Below are positions 54,818 to 64,000 of a stretch of 64,000 nucleotides of DNA, in pieces. This DNA comes from a virus: positions 233,433-297,432 of the IMG/VR virus record IMGVR_UViG_3300049436_000052. One strand, written 5' to 3'. The position numbers were made by a program, and so were the translations under genes. Numbering within the stretch: position 1 is the stretch's first letter; every line of letters begins with the position of its first letter. The notes under the pieces were generated by a model that saw only the letters and a program-made list of their open reading frames with translations, had not been told where the DNA came from and did not search any database.

Positions 54818-56404
54818 TTAATTTTCAATTGGAAAGGTTTTTATTATTCGTTCACCATTTCTTTTTAAGATAATAATATTTTTTTCTATTTTTTTATAAA
54901 TCCCAACAAAATCATTTCTATTTAATTTTGTTGAAAAATGGCAAGAACTTATATTTATCGAAGCAGCACATTCTTTAGGTGAATTAAATATAATATTATC
55001 TTTAAGAGATAATATTTTAATTTGTGTTGTTGTTTGTATTGTTTCATTATCATAGTTTTCAATTCTTTGTAAATATGATTCATATTTTCTTTCCAAAAAA
55101 ACTGTAGCATTTGAATATATATGGTTTAAAAATTTAAGACCATCTTTATAAAAATAACGCATATATACGTTTTTTTCTTTATTAATAAACTTTTCAAATT
55201 TTGTTGCAAAAATATTATAATTTTTTAAGTATTTTAATATGTCATCAACACATTCCTTTGTTGAAATTATACTAACAACCCTTTTACCAATATGTCCATC
55301 ACCATCCACCAACCCTCTTATTAAATGTTTAATTAAATCATTATTTATTTTTGGAAGATTTAGATTTTTTGTTTTATCACTACCAACGCCCAATTTTAAT
55401 AAATCATTTATTATTTTTTGTGAATAAATAATTAAATATGTTGAATGTATTTCACGACCATTTCTTTTATCGATATAAATACGATCATTAACTGGAGCAG
55501 TAGTTTTTATCAATTCTTTAAACTTTAAAAGAATATTCTTATCCTTAGTGTTTATAGTAAACGCTAATCTTGTTTTTTTTATCTTATCACTAGCAATAGA
55601 TCCATCAGCACAAATAAAACCCAAATAATATGCTTTTTCTTCATTATCTATTATATTGAAAAAATTATCATTTTCTGTTATTTGTGGTTTTTGTTTTCGT
55701 TCAACATTATTTTCTTTAGCAAACTTTACTTTACTTTCTCTAATATTTAATGATATAACTGGTTTTGCAGGAAATTTATTATTATCAAGCCATTGTTCTG
55801 TAATTTCTTTATTAATTGGCCTCGATGTAATGTAACATTCTGGTTCAAATAATAAGTCATTTGATTTGATTAATGGTTTAATGTTTAAATAAAAATCATC
55901 TAAACTGTTATTATTTTTCATTTCTTCAAATCTTTTTAACATTTGTCTATCACAATAATATGTTGAAGGATTTGATGGAATTTCAGAATATATTTCATGC
56001 CAAGCACCCATAAAATCTGCGATAACTCCATCAACATCTAACGATATTTTAGGTAAGTTTAAAATTTTCTTAACTCTATCATCACCTTGAGGAAAATCAT
56101 GATAAAACGCATTTAAAAAATGTGCATTACATGCAAGATGTGCAATATGTAAATTTCCACTTTCTTTATCATAATCTTCACCCTTCTCAATTGCAATAAG
56201 ATGTCTTTTAAGTGAAGCAATTAGAGAAGACCAACTCATACCTTTTTGCCAATTTCTAGGTTCGTATTTGTTTGCCCCGTCTGTCAAGACTTTAACCATG
56301 TCTTCAAGCGCTTTTGAATGAATCAAATCGTGTCTCAATTTACCTTGATTATATCTCAATCCAGTTCCAACACCTGTCGTGAATTTAAATTCATTTTCTT
56401 CCAT
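54818..56404 (-). CDS. dATP/dGTP diphosphohydrolase (DUF5664) + truncated HAD nucleotidase + LAGLIDADG endonuclease fusion
   Basis: GANKYEPRNWQKG...RHL...D.ESG..H.AH.ACN; LDVDGVIADF/ITSR; YYLGFICADG and IRGLVDGDG. Confidence 0.8.
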   Translation of the reverse strand: MEENEFKFTTGVGTGLRYNQGKLRHDLIHSKALEDMVKVLTDGANKYEPRNWQKGMSWSSLIASLKRHLIAIEKGEDYDKESGNLHIAHLACNAHFLNAFYHDFPQGDDRVKKILNLPKISLDVDGVIADFMGAWHEIYSEIPSNPSTYYCDRQMLKRFEEMKNNNSLDDFYLNIKPLIKSNDLLFEPECYITSRPINKEITEQWLDNNKFPAKPVISLNIRESKVKFAKENNVERKQKPQITENDNFFNIIDNEEKAYYLGFICADGSIASDKIKKTRLAFTINTKDKNILLKFKELIKTTAPVNDRIYIDKRNGREIHSTYLIIYSQKIINDLLKLGVGSDKTKNLNLPKINNDLIKHLIRGLVDGDGHIGKRVVSIISTKECVDDILKYLKNYNIFATKFEKFINKEKNVYMRYFYKDGLKFLNHIYSNATVFLERKYESYLQRIENYDNETIQTTTQIKILSLKDNIIFNSPKECAASINISSCHFSTKLNRNDFVGIYKKIEKNIIILKRNGERIIKTFPIEN

Positions 56405-57583
56405 AATGTTAATTTATTTTGAATAAAACTCTAAAACATTAATAATTTCATTTTTTAAATTTTCCATTTTTTGAATGAAATTATCATATTGTTTATTAAA
56501 ATCTTCTAAATTATTTTTTATTTCATCTTTGGTTGTATAACCATCTCTTAACAAATCTTCAAACGGATTTTGAATAAATGATGCTAGTGATTGTATTTGA
56601 TGTCTCATCCGAATAAAATCTTCAAACAATCTTTTTTGATAATCAAAGTCGATATTTTTATTCATATTATTTTCATTAAATTAATCAATGTTATCAGTTT
56701 GTTCGTTCTTTGTCCATTTTTTACCACATTTAGCACATCTAACATAATTTGGCATATTATAAGCTTTCCATATATGTTTACAATGAGCTGAATTGGTAGT
56801 GGTTATAGGCACATACAATTGTTTCTTTTGTAATCTAAACAACCATCTAAAAAGTTTTTTCATTTGTTTCTTTTAATTAAATTTATATATTATTTACACA
56901 ACAATATATATCTACAATCATTTTAGGCATAATACTACGTTTCTTTATTCAAATACCATTCTCCAGTATGCCAAACTATAAATGACATTATAGTATCTTC
57001 ATTAATAGGTGATTTGTAAACAATAATAGTATTCGAATTTTCAAACTCATTACATATTGTATGCACCAAATCACTATCATCCGAATTTGTAACAAGTATC
57101 CTATTACCATTTGAGTTCATGAACACATTATAATCCCCATACACACTATGTCGGTATTGTAGTTTCTTACCTTCTTTTAGTAATGTCATTATCTTTTTAG
57201 CATTACCAATATGAAAAAAACCAATCATTTCATCATTCCAATCACTATTACAAATAAATTCATATTGGTAATGTTTTTTACTTATCTCTAATTGCTTTTT
57301 TAATTCATCAATTTCTTTTTGAATAATTTCAGGTTTTTTTATATCTTTATCCATGTTATCTTTCATTAAATTAATCAATACTATCAACTGCTCTTTTAAA
57401 ACATTCATTATATGCATTTTCAAAAAAATCGTCTGGTAATATTTCTCCACTATCCTCATATGGCCTAGCTAATTCGTCTTCAATATTACTATAGTTTTTA
57501 TTCATAAATTTAATAACATTATGAATATCTTCAATAGAATAGAGTTTTTCGTTGGTATTACTAATCTTTTCCATTTTACTAAT

Positions 57584-58645
57584 TTATTTATTACGTATTT
57601 GTAAAATAATATCATTTACCATGTTTTCATCAACTTCATCAGGTAAGTCTGATTTGGAAAAAACTTCAATCATTTTATTATTTTTTTCCTCTACTAATTT
57701 CATAATTTCATCATAACTTACCATGCCTTTACGAATCGATAACAACCATTCCCTATTTGGTCTTGCAACGTTTACACCCTTCCCCTCACCTATTTCAATA
57801 GCCATTTCCAACATTCGCAAACAATGCATTAAATTTTTACCGTCATAGTTTTGGCTATTATTTATATTATCATTATATCTATGAGGATTTCGTTTTTCGA
57901 CCCACTCCCAATATTCTTTATATTTTTTACAATAACTGGAATATCCATCCTTATTGTAATATAAAAAAGCTTCAACATTGAAGTTTTTGGGAATTTCACT
58001 ATGTTTCAAATCATCACCATTTTTCGAAAGAATGCCTTTAAATCCGTGTATCTGTGATTCATCATAAAAAACTTTATATAGTTGAACACCATTAGGCATT
58101 TCAGACAATCCAATACGATCTTCTATTTTATTGTGTTTTCTCAACCACTGTTCAGCAAGCATCATGTAACCATTTTCCTTTTCAAAGATATAACAAAAAT
58201 CCAATATAGATTTTCTTTCTTTTGGCATTGGATTTACAATTTTCTTGTTTAATCCACGAGCTTTTTTTATTTGAGAAACCGAATATCCACCAAATGTAAA
58301 TTGTAGTTTTTTTGTTAAAAATTTCATTCGATTATCATATAGTGGTTTTATTCTTTCATCAAAATATAATATTTTATCTTCTGGAGTAAATAAAATTTCA
58401 ATAATATTTGGATTATTATCAACCAATAAACTTATAAATCTATTTAATTCATAATAAACTATGTCATTTTTTACATCGTTCAATTGTTCTTTATAACCAT
58501 TGGCTAATAGAAATTCATTTGGTTGTAAATAAATTCCACGAATATCAGTATCTGAAGTTGGTAGTTCTAACCCATATGCTTTACTACCAGTAATTACTTT
58601 AAACAACAAATCTTTTTCAGCTATGTCAAAATTATAATTTACCAT
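57584..58645 (-). CDS. pol-beta-superfamily nucleotidyltransferase (RlaP/YcgL-like)
   Basis: GSKAYGL..PTSDTDIRG, NNPNIIEIL, YDGKN.MHC.R.L. Confidence 0.85.
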   Translation of the reverse strand: MVNYNFDIAEKDLLFKVITGSKAYGLELPTSDTDIRGIYLQPNEFLLANGYKEQLNDVKNDIVYYELNRFISLLVDNNPNIIEILFTPEDKILYFDERIKPLYDNRMKFLTKKLQFTFGGYSVSQIKKARGLNKKIVNPMPKERKSILDFCYIFEKENGYMMLAEQWLRKHNKIEDRIGLSEMPNGVQLYKVFYDESQIHGFKGILSKNGDDLKHSEIPKNFNVEAFLYYNKDGYSSYCKKYKEYWEWVEKRNPHRYNDNINNSQNYDGKNLMHCLRMLEMAIEIGEGKGVNVARPNREWLLSIRKGMVSYDEIMKLVEEKNNKMIEVFSKSDLPDEVDENMVNDIILQIRNK

Positions 58646-59369
58646 TTCCTAGAAAATTTTAACGTTAAACAATTCTTCTAATTCTTTAGGGGTTGCTTCA
58701 TAATTCTTAGTTTCTGTTTTAACATCATTATCGACTGAATATACTTCCATTTCAGAAACACTCATTTGATAATCGACAACGGCCATAATTTTTTCTTGTT
58801 CGTTTCTGATTTTAATTGAGGTAACGTAGGTAAATATTGCTCTTAAATAACCAGGTCGTAAATCGGGGTGATCTACGATTCTTAACGATCCAAAAGGTTT
58901 ATTTGTTTTTTCATTTTTCAAAATCCAACGACCATCAACCCTGTTTTCAGTTACATAACCCTTTAGTCGTTCCCAATATAAATCTTCAAAATTATATGAA
59001 TCCATTATTTATTTTTTTTGTAAAATTAAAATAAAATAATGAAAACAACAAATTAAATTTTAAAAAATGTTAAACTTTTCTCCTGATTTAATTTTCATTA
59101 AGAAATAACATTTTCTTCAAACCATTTCTTAAATTCATCAAAACTTGCCATTCTATTTGCATTATCATATATTTCACGTGTGGTGGGAACTGGTGTTTGT
59201 TCTACGATCCTATCTATTGCCATTATATTTTTTTCTATTTCTATTGAATCATCATCATCTCGATAACATCCACTTACACCCTCATAACAATTAATACTAT
59301 CAGACATTACAGCATATTCCCAATAAAAACAATCTCTACATTTTACCCATTTTTTCATATTAATAATTT

Positions 59370-60032
59370 TTAATAACCATAATAAATCATTATATTACGT
59401 TTCCAATCAAACGTCTTATATATTCTAACAAGTTCGAAAACTTCATATTCAAATTTCCAACTTGTAGTAACTTCATTTCCGCGTTCTAAATCATATGGAA
59501 CTGTATCCATAAAAGTATTTATACCCCATTCTCTTCCAAAACTTCTAATATGTTTAATAATTTTAAACAGTACAGTCTGTTCATTATCGCTTATTTTAGT
59601 AAAATCAAATGTATATTTAACATCATCAGAAGATAAATATTTTGTTTTAAGTGAATTTAAGAATTCACTAGGTTCTTTTTCTTTAAAAAATGGATCAAGC
59701 ATTTCTGAGTAATAGTTTTTTATTTTACTGGTAAAATGTTCAATTATGTATTTTAAAAAATTACTATCCACTACATATAAATCTCCATCTGAATATTCTT
59801 CTTTTAGTTCCTTTTTCTTAAAAAAAGATTTCATAGCTTTTTTAGGAGGATCAAATTCGACATACTTTCCAAATCTGTATAAACTAGTTCCAAAGTCATA
59901 AACACCAATATATGGCTTTTCACCATCTTCGCCCCTCACACGATAAAATTCATATAATTCGTTCTTTGTCAACGATTTTATTTTATTATATTCTTTTTTT
60001 GGCATCATACCAATATACAATCTATATCCCAT
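59370..60032 (-). CDS. hypothetical protein
   Basis: 220-aa ORF. Confidence 0.7.
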   Translation of the reverse strand: MGYRLYIGMMPKKEYNKIKSLTKNELYEFYRVRGEDGEKPYIGVYDFGTSLYRFGKYVEFDPPKKAMKSFFKKKELKEEYSDGDLYVVDSNFLKYIIEHFTSKIKNYYSEMLDPFFKEKEPSEFLNSLKTKYLSSDDVKYTFDFTKISDNEQTVLFKIIKHIRSFGREWGINTFMDTVPYDLERGNEVTTSWKFEYEVFELVRIYKTFDWKRNIMIYYGY

Positions 60033-61295
60033 TATTCAATTTTTATTATTGATTGGTATCAATTTCTTTCCAATGAGTAGGTTTTCTGAAATCAACAGTT
60101 TTCTCTGGGTTTTGTAATATTGTCCAAGTACCATCAGATCTTAATCTACCAGTAGATTGCCAACCTTCTCGTTCTGGTGATCCAACACCAATTGGTTCAT
60201 ATTTAACTTCAACTAGTTTATTAAATTCGGGTTTAGATTTGGTTAAACTTCTCCAACCTTTGTAATTATTCATTTGAAATTAATTTAAAGGACAATCAAA
60301 TTCATTTAAAATGGCACTATTAACTTTTGATTTACTCATGTTATTGTTTAATAAATCATGATTAACTATTAAATTAACAGTATCATCCAAATAACCAGAT
60401 AAAATATTTTCATTATTTGCTGTAGATAAAATTTCATGATCTCTAATAAAAATTTTACCAAAAACATTGTTTAATAATCTTTTTATTTCGCCATAGAAAT
60501 ATTTACCATTACCGTCTGAGGCAAGAAACATTTCGTTTATGTTCAAATCATTGTTCATAATTACATTAATAAATTAAATAATTATCATATAAATTATTCA
60601 TAAATAGTTTATCAATTTCAATCATATCTTCAATAATGTTTGAATAACAATTAAAATCAATCCTTCCCCATTTTAATTTAACTTGACATATTTGAAATTG
60701 TGAATCAACACTAATACACAAATCTAAAACCTTATCAATAATCTCATTCCAAACTGGATAAATTGGAGTTCCAATTGAAAATCCATAATGACCATGAGGA
60801 ATATATTTTTTATATTTAAGTAAGAAATAATCATCGCTTCTTCTTGGTTCATATTTTTCGCATTCTTTTGGAAAATCTCTCAAATAATCATAAATATTCC
60901 TATAATTATTAGGTAGAATATTTATTCTTAGCCATTTATATTTCCACAACCATTTAGTTAAACTATAATTCTTACTCCAGTGTTTTTTATAATTTGATTT
61001 AACTTTTTTCAAATCATTCTCATAATTCGAAAATATTATTTTGACATCGTTTATTAATTTCATTTTATATATTTTCTAAAATTGTTTTTATTTGTTCATC
61101 GGTTAATTTGAATCGTAATTTCAATTCATTTGCACCACATGTATGGTTTTTTATTTCACCATATGCATCTTCAAAAATAACAATCATTTTATCTTTATGT
61201 TCATCAGAAAATGGCTTTAATATTGTAATGGCACAATCTTCCTGATTTGGAACTACTAATGTTATTGCTTTTCTTTTTCTCATTTTATACAAATT

Positions 61296-61586
61296 TTAAT
61301 ATAAATTTTCTGAAAATAAATTTTTAAACAATTCTTTTGTTTGTTTAGCATTAAATGCAATTTCTGCTGCTTCTGTTCTATCTACAAATCTATTTGTGTT
61401 TGTTAAGAATCCTTGTATATATTCACCAACTTCTGATTGATATTTCCCTGTCATTGCAATCATTTGATGTATGCAATGTGGATGTCTGTGTCCACAGAAA
61501 ACAATTCCTTTATCCACATTTCTTACAGTATAAATAGGGGTTGGTAATTCCTTATACCAAATTGCCGCACATAGAATATATTCCAT
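61296..61586 (-). CDS. conserved phage hypothetical protein
   Basis: ILCAAIW...GHRH..C...QGFLT...RFVDR.EA..IA...LFSE.LY. Confidence 0.75.
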   Translation of the reverse strand: MEYILCAAIWYKELPTPIYTVRNVDKGIVFCGHRHPHCIHQMIAMTGKYQSEVGEYIQGFLTNTNRFVDRTEAAEIAFNAKQTKELFKNLFSENLY

Positions 61587-61708
61587 ATTTTTATCTAATG
61601 TAAAGGAAGAAACATCTAAAAAACTTCCTTAATATATTAACAATTGATTATATACACTTAAATTAACATTGTTAATAAAAATTACTATGTGATGTTTTTT
61701 GAAAGAAT

Positions 61709-62284
61709 TTATTTATCTTCTGAGTTTTTGATATCTTCTTTAAGAATATCTTCAATCCTTTTTTTTTCATTCCAAATTTCACTCAAAACTTTTAAACAGT
61801 TTATGTATTGTGTTGGATTGCCATAGTATAAATTTTTAACAGATTTGTAAAACTCAGTAATCAATAGTTGATCTTTAAACACAATCTTTGGCAAATGAAA
61901 TGTATATTTTTGGTTGTAGTTAAAAACAATTTCTTCACCAGTTTTATAGTGATTTATTAATGCTCTCATTATCGTTCTACTTTTATCAGCAGAACAAGTA
62001 CTTCCTTCAATCTTTTCAATCCAATATTCAAAATGATGTTTTATGAATTGTGAATTTTTATAAATAAAAACCAATTCATCATTATTAGATATTTCAGTTC
62101 TAACAAAACCTGAAAGAAATTTTTCAAAAGGATAAATTAGTTTAAAATAAAAACTGTTAAAATCACTTAATTCAGCAACATTAAACTCATTTTCTCCAAT
62201 TATTTTCTTATATAGATCAATGTTTTCCTGACTAATAGAATTAAACATATTATCAAGAAAATTTTTTATTTGATTGTTTTCCAT
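61709..62284 (-). CDS. hypothetical protein
   Basis: 191-aa ORF. Confidence 0.7.
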   Translation of the reverse strand: MENNQIKNFLDNMFNSISQENIDLYKKIIGENEFNVAELSDFNSFYFKLIYPFEKFLSGFVRTEISNNDELVFIYKNSQFIKHHFEYWIEKIEGSTCSADKSRTIMRALINHYKTGEEIVFNYNQKYTFHLPKIVFKDQLLITEFYKSVKNLYYGNPTQYINCLKVLSEIWNEKKRIEDILKEDIKNSEDK

Positions 62285-62971
62285 TTCTTTAGTTTTTATT
62301 ATATTATACGAAAAAATTAACTATTATTATTAAAATATTTCTTAAAAATTGTTAAATAAATATTAAATTCTGGTTTTTTCATTGGGATCAAAACCTCACT
62401 CCAATCCATTTTAGTAAATTTGTTAATCCATTCAATGTCATTATACATAGGATGATTTCTATCAGGATTTTTTGTCAAATTTTCATAACATTTAATAGCA
62501 TCATCACCATTTTTCTGAACCAATTCTTTTATCAATAATAATTTATCTATGAACTGTTTTTCAATGAAATATCGCTGTTCGGCATGAATAAAACCAACCA
62601 AACCATCGTCATTTGAAATTGTTTGAGGAGAATAAATCTCATTTAAATTCTTATCAAAAAATTTAAGATTTTCAGCGATTTCAAATAAATCATTTTCTTT
62701 TATTATCTGTAAAATCATATATAAAACGTTTTTTAATTATCTAATCCGACATATCCACATGCCAGTAAATCTTGCATTTATCACAAATATAAATAACATC
62801 ACTACACCTATTTAAGTACGTTGAATTGTCAAATTCCCTATGTGAATGATTCAAATCGTGACATTTCTTAATTTCATCAGAATTGCCTGAATGTTTTTGC
62901 CAACCAAGATCAGTATAGTTTTTATCAAGACTTAATTTTCCTTTATTATAATTTTTTTGCCACATATTATT

Positions 62972-63133
62972 TTAATTTCTTATTTTATTGTATATTACAT
63001 GATAAAGATCGTTATCTAGTTCCATATCAAGCTGATCTTCAATCAAAATTTGAAGTTCATTTATAAGAATTTGTTCAAGTTCTAAATTTAACTCTATAAA
63101 ACCCTTAATATTAATTAAAATTGTTAGATCCAT
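62972..63133 (-). CDS. minigene (53 aa)
   Basis: MDLTILINIKGFIELNLELEQILINELQILIEDQLDMELDNDLYHVIYNKIRN. Confidence 0.7.
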   Translation of the reverse strand: MDLTILINIKGFIELNLELEQILINELQILIEDQLDMELDNDLYHVIYNKIRN

Positions 63134-63282
63134 AATTCATCTCTAATTACATAATAAATATCATCATCAACCTCCGTATCAAGCTGGTCATAAAGCAAAT
63201 CGCTAAGATCAAACAAAAGATTGTCATCAAGTTGATTTTCAAGTTCATCAAAATCGTCAATATTAAATAACCTATCATGCAT
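63124..63282 (-). CDS. minigene (52 aa, very acidic)
   Basis: MHDRLFNIDDFDELENQLDDNLLFDLSDLLYDQLDTEVDDDIYYVIRDELWI. Confidence 0.75.
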   Translation of the reverse strand: MHDRLFNIDDFDELENQLDDNLLFDLSDLLYDQLDTEVDDDIYYVIRDELWI

Positions 63283-63286
63283 TATT

Positions 63287-63445
63287 TTAAATTTTTAAAG
63301 TATCCCATATTACATCACTAAATTCTATATCAACCTCTATATTAAGCTGGTCATAAAACAAATCGCTAAGATCATACCAAAGAGAGGTTTCAAGTTGATC
63401 ATCAAGATCGCCAAAATCATCAATATTTTTTAATTTATCTCGCAT
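63287..63445 (-). CDS. minigene (52 aa, very acidic)
   Basis: [52 protein letters not shown]; close paralog of neighbour. Confidence 0.75.
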   Translation of the reverse strand: MRDKLKNIDDFGDLDDQLETSLWYDLSDLFYDQLNIEVDIEFSDVIWDTLKI

Positions 63446-63978
63446 TATTTTTTATGTAGATATGGTGAAAATCCGCCTTGATAGCAACCAACTACAGGAA
63501 TCATATTATCCCCACGAACATCAACATGATTTAGTTTTATAATATTATTATACCAAGTTTTCTGATACTCAATATCTATTTTAGATAGTTCTATTAAAAG
63601 ATGGAAGCCACCCCTAGTTTGCACAATATTAATAGATTCTTCATTTAAATATTTTCTTATTTCATCAATCATATCATATGTTGGTTTACCATCAAAGTTA
63701 TTTGGATCAAATTCTGGATATAAATCAAAATCAATGTCAAAATATATTTTTCTACTACAAGCTTTTTGAATTTCACTCATTAATTCTTGGTGTGGATTAT
63801 AACCAGAATATGGTCTTGTTACTAAATTTGCAAGTTTTATTAAACCGTTTTTGGCAGCATTTTCAAAAGATCTTGGATTTGGATTAATGTATAGTGCCAA
63901 TGATTCTTGTGGTAATGGATTGTGTTTTTGATAATAAGATCCAACTTCACATTCCAATTGTTTTATTTTTTCAAACAA
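63445..63978 (-). CDS. AEP (primase-polymerase)-like protein, probably 5'-truncated by window edge
   Basis: YINPNPR, FDIDFD, TRGGFH motifs. Confidence 0.55.
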   Translation of the reverse strand: MFEKIKQLECEVGSYYQKHNPLPQESLALYINPNPRSFENAAKNGLIKLANLVTRPYSGYNPHQELMSEIQKACSRKIYFDIDFDLYPEFDPNNFDGKPTYDMIDEIRKYLNEESINIVQTRGGFHLLIELSKIDIEYQKTWYNNIIKLNHVDVRGDNMIPVVGCYQGGFSPYLHKK

Positions 63979-64000
63979 AAATTCTTTATTAGAAGTAAAC

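Noticed and set aside
54818-55710. Intein or group I intron around the LAGLIDADG domain
   Set aside because: No N-terminal C/S block or C-terminal HN, and no space or structured core before the next gene.
61674-61687. Target of TnpB-2 guide (AATAAAAATTACT match)
   Set aside because: Partial, AT-only match lacking the guide's first bases; expected by chance.

Overview
Very AT-rich, gene-dense 64-kb segment. It is most likely the early/accessory part of a large (jumbo-type) phage or phage-plasmid of a Bacteroidota host. This is inference from TAnnTTTG promoters, A-rich leaders largely without Shine-Dalgarno sequences, and phage-type small ORFs; no capsid or terminase hallmark gene is in the window. 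Transcription runs minus (1-9.45 kb), plus (9.55-44.7 kb), then minus (44.7-64 kb). Recognisable genes: an ECF sigma factor, an RNA-ligase-like protein, a HAD phosphatase, two TnpB elements, an LPD29 protein, a DUF6745 tetrapeptide-repeat protein with its partner, a Vsr/DUF559-like nuclease, an ATP-grasp protein, DUF2227, GMP reductase, a dATP/dGTP diphosphohydrolase-HAD-LAGLIDADG fusion, an RlaP-like nucleotidyltransferase and an AEP-like protein. The most striking unexplained structure is a family of roughly 75-80 (manual count) tandemly arrayed 45-75 aa acidic minigenes with 4-residue xxEL periodicity. They resemble free-standing copies of the DUF6745 repeat, and several arrays start behind host-type promoters. 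Interleaved with them are terminator-promoter-gene cassettes carrying a conserved ECF-type promoter (TTAAC-N5-TTAAC...GAAAC-N17-CGTA). Also present: four parS palindromes, MraZ-like boxes, an integron-like attC cassette, a structured ncRNA candidate and a candidate origin/packaging site near 38.25 kb. All family assignments come from motif recognition, not database searches.
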